Assembly: GCA_964536585.1 (NCBI GenBank)
Contig: CAZHXO010000001.1
Coordinates: 1 to 38,028 of the forward strand
Direction of reading: 5' to 3'
DNA: 38,028 nucleotides
Source of the DNA: an uncultured Gammaproteobacteria bacterium
Lineage (GTDB): Bacteria; Patescibacteriota; Microgenomatia; UBA12405; JAHJSD01
In this document: in pieces, positions 1 to 8,348 of the stretch
Numbering within the stretch: position 1 is the stretch's first letter
How the letters are laid out: each line of letters opens with the position of its first letter
Translations under genes and position numbers: made by a program
The notes under the pieces: model-generated
Told to the model about the DNA's origin: nothing
Database searches by the model: none
The model's input: the letters and a program-made list of their open reading frames with translations, nothing else

Positions 1-1
1 C

Positions 2-487
2 ATTCGCACTGGTCGGGCTAACCCTTCTTTAGTTGAGGATATTAAAATTGAAGCTTATCCTGGCCAGGATAAATTAGCCCTAAAGGAGCTGGGTTCAATT
101 GCTGTTGAAGAAGCAAGAAGCCTTGTCTTTCAGCCTTGGGACAAATCAATTATTAAACGCGTTAAAAATGAGATTCTAGCTCAGGATTTAGGGGTTCAAG
201 CAACAGTTAGTGGAGAAGTAATTAGAATAAAGTTGCCCCAGTTATCTACACAACAGCGTGAAGCCTATTTAGAATTGCTTGATAAAAAGTTAGAAGCGGC
301 TCGGGTGATGGTTAGGAACATTCGGAGTGAGCACCGTTATACTCTTCAAGAACAGGAACAAGAAGGGGAAATAAGCAAAGATGACTTTTACCGTATGGAA
401 GAGAAATTACAAGGGTGGACTGATGAGTATATTGAGAAATTAGAAAAGTTAGCAGAGAAGAAGAGAAAAGAGATTAAAGGAGAATAG
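2..487 (+). CDS. frr: ribosome recycling factor, C-terminal part (5' end cut by window edge)
   Basis: Frame 2 is open from nt 2. The translation IRTGRANPSLVEDIKIEAY...IRIKLPQLSTQQREAY...RNIRSEHR fits the RRF pattern. TAG stop at 485-487. Confidence 0.85.
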   Translation: MRTGRANPSLVEDIKIEAYPGQDKLALKELGSIAVEEARSLVFQPWDKSIIKRVKNEILAQDLGVQATVSGEVIRIKLPQLSTQQREAYLELLDKKLEAARVMVRNIRSEHRYTLQEQEQEGEISKDDFYRMEEKLQGWTDEYIEKLEKLAEKKRKEIKGE

Positions 488-1545
488 TGTCTTTCTTAAT
501 ATTTTTTATTGCCATATCAAGCATGATTCTTATCCACGAGCTGGGCCATTTTTTAATGGCCAAGTTACATGGCCTTAGAGTGGAGGAGTTTGGTTTGGGT
601 TACCCGCCCCGTTTAGTTGGCAAGAAGTTCAAAGAAACAATTTATTCCTTGAACTTGATTCCCATGGGCGGCTTTGTTCGTATTTGGGGAATGGAGAGTC
701 GGGTGGATGAAGACAAAAACAGGGCCTTTTATACCCAGTCCAAAAAAGTTCAATTTTTAATTTTAGCCGCCGGGGTGGTAATGAACTTTCTTTTGGCAAT
801 TGGCGTTTTTAGTGTTGTTTATGGTATTCAGGGCGTTCCGCAAGAAATTGGGGCAGTAAAGATTGTTCAAATTGCTTCTGATTCTCCGGCTGGTAAGTCT
901 GACTTAGAAATAGATACTAAGGTTGTAGCTATAAAAATAGGTGATCAAGAGTTTGAAACTAATAATATGCAGCAGTTTACAGAGATTATTAATCAGCATT
1001 TAGGCGAGGAAGTTATTTTAGTTTCCTTGGAAGGAGAAGAATATAAATTAACTCCTCGAGAAAATCCTCCGGAAGACCAAGGGGCATTGGGGGTAATTAT
1101 CACTGACAAGAAATTGGTAAAAATATCTTTAATCAAAAGGATTCCCCTTGGCATTTGGTATGGATTGAAAGAAGGAATTTTATGGGGCGTGGAAATTTTT
1201 CAAAGCATAATTGGCATATTCACAACCCTTTTTCAAGGTAAAGTACCTAAGCAAGTGACCGGTCCGATTGGTATTTACTCAGCTTCCCGGGAAATTTTTA
1301 AAGCTCAGGGCTTATTATCCTTAATCCATTTTTTTGCGGTTGTTTCGGTGAACTTAGCTATAGTTAATGTTATTCCTATCCCCGGAACAGACGGCTGGCA
1401 TGCGAGTATTTTGGGGTTTGAAACAATTCGGGGTAGAAAACTGACCGAAAAAACAAAGACGCGAATTAACCAACTGGCAATGATTTTTATTTTGCTTTTA
1501 TCGGTTTTGGTTATTGCCGCAGATATTAAGCGGTTTTTACTCTAG
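487..1545 (+). CDS. rseP: site-2 (M50) zinc metalloprotease with PDZ-like insert, RseP/RasP type
   Basis: HELGH zinc motif at the N-terminus, multiple TM segments, central PDZ-like stretch, C-terminal NLAIVNVIPIPGTDG motif. The GTG start overlaps the frr stop. Confidence 0.85.
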   Translation: MSFLIFFIAISSMILIHELGHFLMAKLHGLRVEEFGLGYPPRLVGKKFKETIYSLNLIPMGGFVRIWGMESRVDEDKNRAFYTQSKKVQFLILAAGVVMNFLLAIGVFSVVYGIQGVPQEIGAVKIVQIASDSPAGKSDLEIDTKVVAIKIGDQEFETNNMQQFTEIINQHLGEEVILVSLEGEEYKLTPRENPPEDQGALGVIITDKKLVKISLIKRIPLGIWYGLKEGILWGVEIFQSIIGIFTTLFQGKVPKQVTGPIGIYSASREIFKAQGLLSLIHFFAVVSVNLAIVNVIPIPGTDGWHASILGFETIRGRKLTEKTKTRINQLAMIFILLLSVLVIAADIKRFLL

Positions 1546-2919
1546 TCTTTCCCATTCTAATAAAACCGCAGAGTTGGGCTGAAGAATAATCTTTTTGGTA
1601 ATTTGTTTTGATTGAACTTCTTCTCGATTGGTTTGACTTGGTCCTTGGAAATATTGTTGACTGTACTGATAGGTGCCGGGTTGAATATTTTTAAGAGTAA
1701 TCGGGGTTGATTCATAGTGACGGTTTAAGGGATCATAGTTGACTACTAAAACCTGTATCTTATTTGCTTCTTGCGTGGCAATTGCTTTAACCCAACTGCC
1801 TTCTTTGGAAAGAGAAACCCTTTGGCCATTTAGTTGGTTTAGAAAACTGTAAGCATGATAGCGTGGTTTTTTGGACGATACCCCGTGATTTTTATGGGTC
1901 AAAAGCCCCCAACGCCCCCAGTATTTTTTAGGTCCTGGCCCGTCAATAATTTCAAAAGTAAATACTCGATGAACCTTGCCCATTAATTGGGTCATACAGG
2001 CCATAGAATGAATTGCGGATATTTTATTATCGTACCAAGCCGAATTTTCTGAGTGGGGTCCGAATTCTGTAATTAAACGTTCTAAGGTAAAGTATTTAGG
2101 GTAATTGGTTAAAATTGCATTAAGTTTTTCAAAATCTCGGTTATAACTTTCCAAGTTCTTAGCGTAACGGTGCCAAGAAATAAAATCAATTCTTAAATCA
2201 TTGTCCTGACAATAATTTAAGAGTGCTTTAATCCAGTTAGGGTAAAAGCCGGTAGTTGCTGGCCCACCAATTTTAAATGCGTTGACATTAGTTGCCTTTT
2301 GGGCGGCTTTAACTGTGTGATAGTAAAGAGTTAAATAATTAGGTTGTTTGCCATAATGCCAGTTGCCGAACAAATCCGGTTCGTTCCAAACTTCATAATA
2401 AAGATTGTCTAAATTATATCCATCTTTGCCGCTGTATCTGCTTACTGTTGCTTTAACCAAATTCTGCCATTCAAGCCAATTATTGGGAACAGAAACATTT
2501 TTACCATCTAGGGACAGGGAAGGTGGCATATAAGAAAAAACTAACATTGGTTTAGCACCGCTTTTTAGAATAGTCTTGACAATATCATCAAGTTGTGAAA
2601 AATCATATTTCGCTTGCCCGTCAGCCGACGGGTTAATTTTGACATGGTGGTCGAACAAATGGTCAATTCTGATTAACTGCGGATTAAGTTGAGTAGTTTC
2701 ACTAACTACTGGCTGAAGCATATTATTAGCTTCCTCGCCGCCCTGAGCGTAATTTTGCCACAGCCGCTTGGGAAGTGGACCACTGGTTTGGGCAAGGTCA
2801 ATTTCAATATTGGCTTTAGTACCAAAAGCAACTCGGCGAAGGTCTTGGTTTTGAAAAACTGCCCACAAAGTGATGGGGATGAGGAGAAGGATAGCTAGAA
2901 TAGTTGGTATTTTGCCCAT
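1537..2919 (-). CDS. membrane-anchored or secreted clan GH-A glycoside hydrolase (GH39-like)
   Basis: N-terminal hydrophobic anchor. YYEVWNEPDLFGNW (acid/base NEP motif) and LITEFGP (nucleophile Glu) are typical of GH39/GH5-type TIM-barrel hydrolases. The 3' end overlaps the rseP 3' end by 9 nt. Confidence 0.65.
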   Translation of the reverse strand: MGKIPTILAILLLIPITLWAVFQNQDLRRVAFGTKANIEIDLAQTSGPLPKRLWQNYAQGGEEANNMLQPVVSETTQLNPQLIRIDHLFDHHVKINPSADGQAKYDFSQLDDIVKTILKSGAKPMLVFSYMPPSLSLDGKNVSVPNNWLEWQNLVKATVSRYSGKDGYNLDNLYYEVWNEPDLFGNWHYGKQPNYLTLYYHTVKAAQKATNVNAFKIGGPATTGFYPNWIKALLNYCQDNDLRIDFISWHRYAKNLESYNRDFEKLNAILTNYPKYFTLERLITEFGPHSENSAWYDNKISAIHSMACMTQLMGKVHRVFTFEIIDGPGPKKYWGRWGLLTHKNHGVSSKKPRYHAYSFLNQLNGQRVSLSKEGSWVKAIATQEANKIQVLVVNYDPLNRHYESTPITLKNIQPGTYQYSQQYFQGPSQTNREEVQSKQITKKIILQPNSAVLLEWERLE

Positions 2920-2948
2920 TAATATAATAGTAGCTTATTAATAAATCC

Positions 2949-2978
2949 TTGACAAATGGTTTTTAATAATGCTTTAAT
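2949..2978 (+). promoter_or_regulatory. candidate sigma70-type promoter for the surface-protein operon
   Basis: TTGACA at 2949-2954, 18-nt spacer, TTTAAT at 2973-2978, 27 nt upstream of the ATG at 3006. Confidence 0.4.
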
Positions 2979-3005
2979 GGAGTTAATAAGGGATTCCTTA
3001 ATCTT

Positions 3006-5258
3006 ATGAAAAAGAAGAAACGACATTTACAACGCGGTGCCGTCCAAGCACCGCTTATTATTGGTTTATTGCTTATTGGTTTAGCCCTTCCGGCTGCACT
3101 TCAATTAGTCCAGCAAAGACAGGAAACCAGGAAAGCAGCAATAGATAATCAAGAAGAATGTGAAGCTGTGGGGCACACCTGGTGCGGTAGTGGTACTTGC
3201 CCTGATGGTTGGTCTTATGGTCCTGGCTGTTGGACGGGTGGGAGTTGTGAAGCTAGACACGAGGAAGCTTGTGCTGATCACCAAGGAGGCGGAGACGGTG
3301 ATACGGGCGGTACTGATTGTAGTGATGTTTATAATAGAGACCTAAGCGGATATTCTTGTGAGAATGGAGTGTTAGTTGATGCCAATGGGAATAGGGCGGA
3401 TAAACAGAAATGGTGTGGGACTGGATGCCCTTCTACAGTAGAAACAAACAGCGACTGTTGTGATGGACAGGATATATGCCAATGTGCTAGTGCGGAGATA
3501 GAACCGACTAGACCACCCCCAACAGCCACGCCAGTTCCTGATGATGTTGAATGTTATTGTTACGGAAGTTGTGACACAGCTAATTGTCAATGGAGTGAGG
3601 TGGATCCCTTTGGGAATATGGGAGCGCTTTGTGATGACAGCAAGTGTGAGGGTGAACCAACCGCAACTCCAATGCCGACAGAAAGTTATGTTCAATGTGA
3701 TGTTGCCCATGAAATATGCGTTTCATCAATCGGGGAATGCCAATCAGGCACAGTTGATTTTAACAGAAAGTGCGGCCAGGACAGCGGCGGATATAAATAT
3801 TGTTGTCAGCCAAAATCTGAGCCAACCGCGACTCCTACACCCGATTGCCGTCCAGACGGCTATAATTGTAGTATGCTGACCGCTGGTTCAACTCATTGTA
3901 GTTGGTGTTGTAATGGTTATCATTGGGCAGGAGCGTTGAGTGGTGGTTATATTTGTGGACCAGGGGAAGATGATACACCTGAATGTGGTTCCAATCAATG
4001 TTATTCAGGCCGCTATAGCACCTGCCGGGATAATTGTTTTACTGAAGGCAATCAGATTTGTTGTAATGGTGAGTGGAAGCTGGAATCAGAAGGCTGTGCC
4101 GCTTGTGAAGTAACTCCTACTCCCGGAATTGATACCTGTGGTTATGGCGGAGACCCAGATGCCGGGGTTTGTCGAGTAGGGGGTTGTGAAGCTGGGGAAA
4201 AAGCAGTAGATCCGACAGATTGTGCTGGGTATAATGAAGTGTGTTGTGTACCTGAAGTTGACTCTGATGTTGAATGTTATTGTTACGGAAGTTGTGACAC
4301 AGCTAATTGTCAATGGAGTGAGGTGGATCCCTTTGGGAATATGGGAGCGCTTTGTGATGACAGCAAGTGTGAGGGTGAACCAACCGCAACTCCAATGCCG
4401 ACAGAAAGTTATGTTCAATGTGATGTTGCCCATGAAATATGCGTTTCATCAATCGGGGAATGCCAATCAGGCACAGTTGATTTTAACAGAAAGTGCGGCC
4501 AGGACAGCGGCGGATATAAATATTGTTGTCAGCCAAAATCTGAGCCAACCGCGACTCCTCAACCAACCGCGACTCCTCAACCAACTGCGACCCCAACTGA
4601 GTCTGAAGGCGAGCCAGGACCGGGGCCAGGAGAACCGACAGCTACCCCGCCAGCAAATCCGACTGAGTCTCCTACTGAGCCGGGCGAGGAATGTCCTTAT
4701 GATTCTTTACAATCCCGGATTCAAGTCAACGCTCAAACTAATTGGCAAAAAGAACTGGATGTTGAAGTGGGCGATACCATCAATTTAGGCTGTATGCATG
4801 ATGGAAGTGGTAGTTTAGCCAGCAATGTAGTTTTGGTTGCTGACGGGCCAATTAAGAAAGAATGGAATAGAAATAATCAGGATAGTGGAACTGAAGGAAG
4901 AGTTACCGGGTGGGAGGTTCCCCAATCTGGTAGTTATCGTATTTATTGTTATTCAACCGATGATAACTGCAGTGGAATGAATTCCGGTGCTGACAGTTCA
5001 GTTTTGGATGCTGCACCCACTGGCTGTAAACCTTGTCCAGATGGTAGTTACGTAGCCTTGGGAGCCACCAGTTATAGTTGTCAGACTGATGGAACCTCTT
5101 TGGATGACTTTATTGGCTGGAAAGAACAATACATAAAGGTTTTTTATCACAACCAACAGATCCCAGCTAGTCAATTATATGCTGATTACGATTGTGACGG
5201 CACGATTGGTGTAAATGACATAATATTATGGAAAGAGAAATATTTAGAAACTCTTTGA
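3006..5258 (+). CDS. secreted cysteine-rich modular protein with Pro/Thr linkers, a duplicated module pair and a C-terminal dockerin-like segment
   Basis: N-terminal KKKKR plus hydrophobic signal/anchor. About 66 Cys in 750 aa by my count. Cys-rich modules of about 40 aa end in CC(Q/V)P and are separated by EPTATP linkers. The C-terminus TDGTSLDDFIGWKEQY...DYDCDGTIGVNDIILWKEKY looks like a two-segment dockerin. TGA stop. Confidence 0.8.
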   Translation: MKKKKRHLQRGAVQAPLIIGLLLIGLALPAALQLVQQRQETRKAAIDNQEECEAVGHTWCGSGTCPDGWSYGPGCWTGGSCEARHEEACADHQGGGDGDTGGTDCSDVYNRDLSGYSCENGVLVDANGNRADKQKWCGTGCPSTVETNSDCCDGQDICQCASAEIEPTRPPPTATPVPDDVECYCYGSCDTANCQWSEVDPFGNMGALCDDSKCEGEPTATPMPTESYVQCDVAHEICVSSIGECQSGTVDFNRKCGQDSGGYKYCCQPKSEPTATPTPDCRPDGYNCSMLTAGSTHCSWCCNGYHWAGALSGGYICGPGEDDTPECGSNQCYSGRYSTCRDNCFTEGNQICCNGEWKLESEGCAACEVTPTPGIDTCGYGGDPDAGVCRVGGCEAGEKAVDPTDCAGYNEVCCVPEVDSDVECYCYGSCDTANCQWSEVDPFGNMGALCDDSKCEGEPTATPMPTESYVQCDVAHEICVSSIGECQSGTVDFNRKCGQDSGGYKYCCQPKSEPTATPQPTATPQPTATPTESEGEPGPGPGEPTATPPANPTESPTEPGEECPYDSLQSRIQVNAQTNWQKELDVEVGDTINLGCMHDGSGSLASNVVLVADGPIKKEWNRNNQDSGTEGRVTGWEVPQSGSYRIYCYSTDDNCSGMNSGADSSVLDAAPTGCKPCPDGSYVALGATSYSCQTDGTSLDDFIGWKEQYIKVFYHNQQIPASQLYADYDCDGTIGVNDIILWKEKYLETL
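3542..3836 (+). repeat. copy 1 of a 295-bp perfect direct repeat inside the Cys-rich CDS
   Basis: Base-for-base identical by eye to 4265-4559. The 723-nt offset equals 241 codons, so it is in frame. Confidence 0.9.
4265..4559 (+). repeat. copy 2 of the 295-bp perfect direct repeat inside the Cys-rich CDS
   Basis: Identical to 3542-3836. Both encode DVECYCYGSCDTANCQW...GGYKYCCQPKSEPTATP. Confidence 0.9.
4545..4598 (+). repeat. 18-bp tandem repeat x3 (two perfect, one diverged) encoding the PTATPQ linker
   Basis: ccaaccgcgactcctcaa at 4545-4562 and 4563-4580, then ccaactgcgaccccaact at 4581-4598. Confidence 0.85.
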
Positions 5259-5285
5259 TTATTTAATTATGAGGAAAAAGAATAA

Positions 5286-6425
5286 ATGAACGACCAAAGA
5301 AAGCAAGCATTAAGCTTAGTTGCAATTTTGATGGCTGCTGCTGGCTTATTAGCAGGAGGAATTTTATTGCAACGCCGAACCGAGCTCAGGCGAAAAGCAG
5401 TTTATAGTAATATTGATGTGAGCTTACATCCACAACCGTTGGAGGTCTGTAAAGGCGACCAAGCTAAACTTTTGGTTAAGGTTGACCCCAGCCCTGAAAA
5501 CGCAGCTGAAACAGCTGAGATACATGCGGCTGAAATAAGGTTGAATTTTGATAATGAAATAGCAGCAGTTAGTAAGGTAACTTTTCATGACGATTACGGG
5601 GCGAGTATTTGGAACGAAGATAAAGCAAACAATTCGGGTGTGCTAAAAATGGCGGCGTTAACAATGGCACAAAGTGTTCCTACAGAAGTTTTTGATTTGG
5701 TTGAAGTTGAATTTAGCGGAGAAAAAGAAGGAGAGTTTGAGCTTCGCTTGGATAGTGATTATGAAATCCGCGGAGTTCGCGGCCAAACAGATGCTGATGT
5801 TGATCGGGAGCTGGAAATAAATAATGTTGATCAAATTGTTACTCAGGTTAAAGTGGTTGATTGTGATGGAGAGGGAGAGGCTGATTGGCCTAAGATGACT
5901 TTTAAAATTCGATTTGTAGGAACAGAGTATGAAGCTAGTGGTAAAGAGATTGTGGTGAGTAATATTCCTGACCAGAAAGTAGATATAGTAATTAAAGGTC
6001 AAGGACAACGCAAGGTTTTTGAGAATGTTAATGTTTCTTTTGATGAGCAGGCAATCGGAACTGGTAGTTTAGAGTTGGTTGGAGTCACCCCGGGAAGTGG
6101 ATATACGATTTTAATTAAGGGGCCGGTTCATTTAGCTCGCCGCTTTTGTGAGGATGAACAGGTTGACCGCTGTTGGTTAGGCCAAGGTAATTTAACAATT
6201 ACCAGTGGTGAAAATGTTTTTGATTGGACTGCGCTAGCTCTTGAACCCGGAGATATTAATAGAGACGGAATAGTCGATGCGACTGATTATACAAAATTAA
6301 AAGCAGCCTTGGGGCAATCAGGTGAGGCTGTCCAAGAAGATCTTAACAGGAACGGAACCGTTACTGGTCAGGATGTAGTCTTTTTCCTAGAAACGCTGAG
6401 TAAGCGATACGAAGAAGAAATTTAG
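5286..6425 (+). CDS. membrane-anchored protein with a cohesin-like domain, an Ig-like middle domain and a C-terminal type-I-like dockerin
   Basis: N-terminal TM. The stretch IDVSLHPQPLEVCKGDQAKLLVKVD...AAEIRLNFDNEIAAVSKV...FDLVEVEFSGEKEGEFEL fits the cohesin pattern. The C-terminus GDINRDGIVDATDYTKLKAAL...EDLNRNGTVTGQDVVFFLETL is a duplicated Ca-binding dockerin motif. Confidence 0.65.
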   Translation: MNDQRKQALSLVAILMAAAGLLAGGILLQRRTELRRKAVYSNIDVSLHPQPLEVCKGDQAKLLVKVDPSPENAAETAEIHAAEIRLNFDNEIAAVSKVTFHDDYGASIWNEDKANNSGVLKMAALTMAQSVPTEVFDLVEVEFSGEKEGEFELRLDSDYEIRGVRGQTDADVDRELEINNVDQIVTQVKVVDCDGEGEADWPKMTFKIRFVGTEYEASGKEIVVSNIPDQKVDIVIKGQGQRKVFENVNVSFDEQAIGTGSLELVGVTPGSGYTILIKGPVHLARRFCEDEQVDRCWLGQGNLTITSGENVFDWTALALEPGDINRDGIVDATDYTKLKAALGQSGEAVQEDLNRNGTVTGQDVVFFLETLSKRYEEEI

Positions 6426-6428
6426 TCC

Positions 6429-6456
6429 TTGCAAAAGAAAGCGGTTTGATTATATA
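6429..6456 (+). promoter_or_regulatory. candidate internal promoter
   Basis: TTGCAA at 6429-6434, 16-nt spacer, TATATA at 6451-6456. An AAGGAG RBS at 6471-6476 precedes the ATG at 6483. Confidence 0.35.
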
Positions 6457-6482
6457 GTTGAATAGTTAACAAGGAGTTTAAA

Positions 6483-7070
6483 ATGGATTTAAAAAAATTA
6501 GACACTGCAAAATGGCTGGTCCCAGTTTTAGCATTTTTAGTCATTATAGAAAGTGTTTTCATTGTTCAAAAATTATCTCAGCAACAAATCGGAGACTGGG
6601 AAGAAGAAAACAAAAGTTTACCAGCTAGTTTACAACCCGGAAAGAAGCAGCAAACAGTTCTTGCCTTAAAAGGAGAAGATAATATTGAGGTCGAAAGTCA
6701 GGGACAGGTAAGGGTAGTTATGACCCCCTTTGAACAATTATCCTTGGATGGAGTTGATATTTTAATTGAGTATAACCCTGATTATATTGATATTTTAGGG
6801 ACAGACCCGTCTGACCGCTTTTCCCGGGTGGGCCGGAATTGGATTGAACCCCAAAAAAATCGGGTTGTAGTTACTTTGGTACAGCTGGATCAAGCCGTTA
6901 ATTTTGAGGCTGGTCAAGAAGTAACTCTACTAACTTTAAGCTACAAAGCTCTAAAAAAAGGGGAAACAACCTTAAAATTAAAGCAAGCTGAGGCCGGCGG
7001 GACAAATTTGGCTGGTTTGGGAAAGGAATATCCATTTCAAACTGAAGATTTGAGTTTAACAGTAAAATGA
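6483..7070 (+). CDS. membrane-anchored cohesin-like domain protein
   Basis: N-terminal TM. The stretch VRVVMTPFEQLSLDGVDILIEYNPDYIDILG...EVTLLTLSYKALKKGETTLKL fits the cohesin beta-sandwich pattern. Confidence 0.55.
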   Translation: MDLKKLDTAKWLVPVLAFLVIIESVFIVQKLSQQQIGDWEEENKSLPASLQPGKKQQTVLALKGEDNIEVESQGQVRVVMTPFEQLSLDGVDILIEYNPDYIDILGTDPSDRFSRVGRNWIEPQKNRVVVTLVQLDQAVNFEAGQEVTLLTLSYKALKKGETTLKLKQAEAGGTNLAGLGKEYPFQTEDLSLTVK

Positions 7071-7747
7071 AGAAAATATTAATTTTTCTGGGTTTGGTTA
7101 GTAGCTTTTTTATAATTTCAGTTGCTACTGCTTATGCTGCGCCGCGATTGTATTTTGCCCCGGCGAGCGGTGATCAAGCGGTTGGTGAAACCTTTCAAGT
7201 AATAGTTAAGGTGGATACTGGAGAACAAGAAGTCGCAGCTGCTGACGCGATAATAAGTTTTGACTCGACTAAGCTAAAAGTGAATCAAGTTAGCAAAGGA
7301 GATTTTTTCCCGGAATTTAGTTATGATCTTGAAAATTCAGAAGGCGAACTTTCAATATGGGGAATGGTAGAAACAACTTTGGAATTAGTTTCGGGTGAAG
7401 GTGATTTAGCAACGATAACTTTTGAAGCGGAAAGCAATGGGGAAGCAGCAGTTTCTTTTTTATGTGAAGAGGGTAATGACACTGATTCTGCTATCTGGGA
7501 CAGTTCAGGCAATGATTTGATTGATTGTGCCTCCAACGGCAGTGGTTCATATACAATTGGGGGGACAGGGGCGACTTCTTCTCCTACTTCCACTTCCACT
7601 TCCACTCCCACTCCCACAAGTACTGCTTCAGCAGAGGCTACTGCTACACCTAGTGAATTGCCGGAAACAGGAATAGAAACCCCGTTGATTATTATGGGCT
7701 TAGGAGGAGTAATTGTGTTATTATTATCAACAGTGATGGCGATTTAA
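7067..7747 (+). CDS. secreted cohesin-like domain protein with Ser/Thr/Pro linker and LPXTG-type cell-wall sorting signal
   Basis: Signal peptide ending AYA-AP. Cohesin pattern GETFQVIVKVDTGEQEVAAADAIISFDSTKLKVNQVSKGDFF...GDLATITFEAESNGEAAVSF. C-terminal LPETG followed by a hydrophobic tail. ATGA start/stop overlap with the previous ORF. Confidence 0.7.
   Translation: MKKILIFLGLVSSFFIISVATAYAAPRLYFAPASGDQAVGETFQVIVKVDTGEQEVAAADAIISFDSTKLKVNQVSKGDFFPEFSYDLENSEGELSIWGMVETTLELVSGEGDLATITFEAESNGEAAVSFLCEEGNDTDSAIWDSSGNDLIDCASNGSGSYTIGGTGATSSPTSTSTSTPTPTSTASAEATATPSELPETGIETPLIIMGLGGVIVLLLSTVMAI
7586..7615 (+). repeat. hexanucleotide tandem repeat (acttcc x3, actccc x2) encoding a TS/TP linker
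   Basis: Read directly from the sequence. In frame within CDS 7067-7747. Confidence 0.85.
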
Positions 7748-7748
7748 A

Positions 7749-8348
7749 ATGAAGGGGAATATAAAGAAGATAATTATTGTTGTTATCTTATTACTAACCG
7801 GAGTGTTGGCTGTTTTTGGTATTCGAGCGGCTAAGACCTATTTAAGTGGGGCAGCTGGGGGGGCAGAGCCTGAAAATGTGCAAGTTCAAGCGGAATCAAA
7901 ATCAGCGACTATTAGTTGGCAATCAGAAAAAGAGAGTCAAGCAACAGTAGAGTATGGGACAACACCAGCCAGTTTGCTACTTCGCGCTCCTGAACAACAA
8001 GCGGCTACAACTCACCGGGTTGATCTATCTCCTTTAAGGTCGGGAACAACTTATTATTTCCGGATTCGGGTTGGTGACAAAATTTTTGACAATGACGGAA
8101 TCCCCTTTTCCTTTAAAACAAAGGCGGAAGAAACTGAGGAGGCTTTGTCTCCAACACCAACTCAGCGGGCTTTGCCAACCAGTGCACAACCAACGACTAC
8201 AACCGCTACTGATAGTGCTAAAGTGACTCAATGTGTTAAATCAGAATTTAAGGAGAAGTTCGGGACAAGCAATTCCAGCTATGATTTGGATGATAATGGA
8301 GTAGTCAATACTCGTGATTGGATAATGTGTTTGAATGAAAACCAATAA
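7749..8348 (+). CDS. membrane-anchored FN3-like domain protein with a C-terminal single dockerin-like segment
   Basis: N-terminal TM. ATISWQSEKESQATVEYGTTP...THRVDLSPLRSGTTYYFRIRV is an FN3/PAP-N-like signature. The C-terminus is YDLDDNGVVNTRDWIMCL. Confidence 0.55.
   Translation: MKGNIKKIIIVVILLLTGVLAVFGIRAAKTYLSGAAGGAEPENVQVQAESKSATISWQSEKESQATVEYGTTPASLLLRAPEQQAATTHRVDLSPLRSGTTYYFRIRVGDKIFDNDGIPFSFKTKAEETEEALSPTPTQRALPTSAQPTTTTATDSAKVTQCVKSEFKEKFGTSNSSYDLDDNGVVNTRDWIMCLNENQ

Noticed and set aside
3160-4788. ORFs on other frames or the opposite strand within the Cys-rich gene (3160-3345, 3329-3529, 3372-3710, 3541-3879, 4086-4433, 4222-4788).
   Set aside because: They are shadow ORFs of the long frame-3 CDS. 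The pairs that look conserved (3372/4086 and 3541/4222) are simply the 295-bp duplication read in other frames. They have no signal, motif or RBS.
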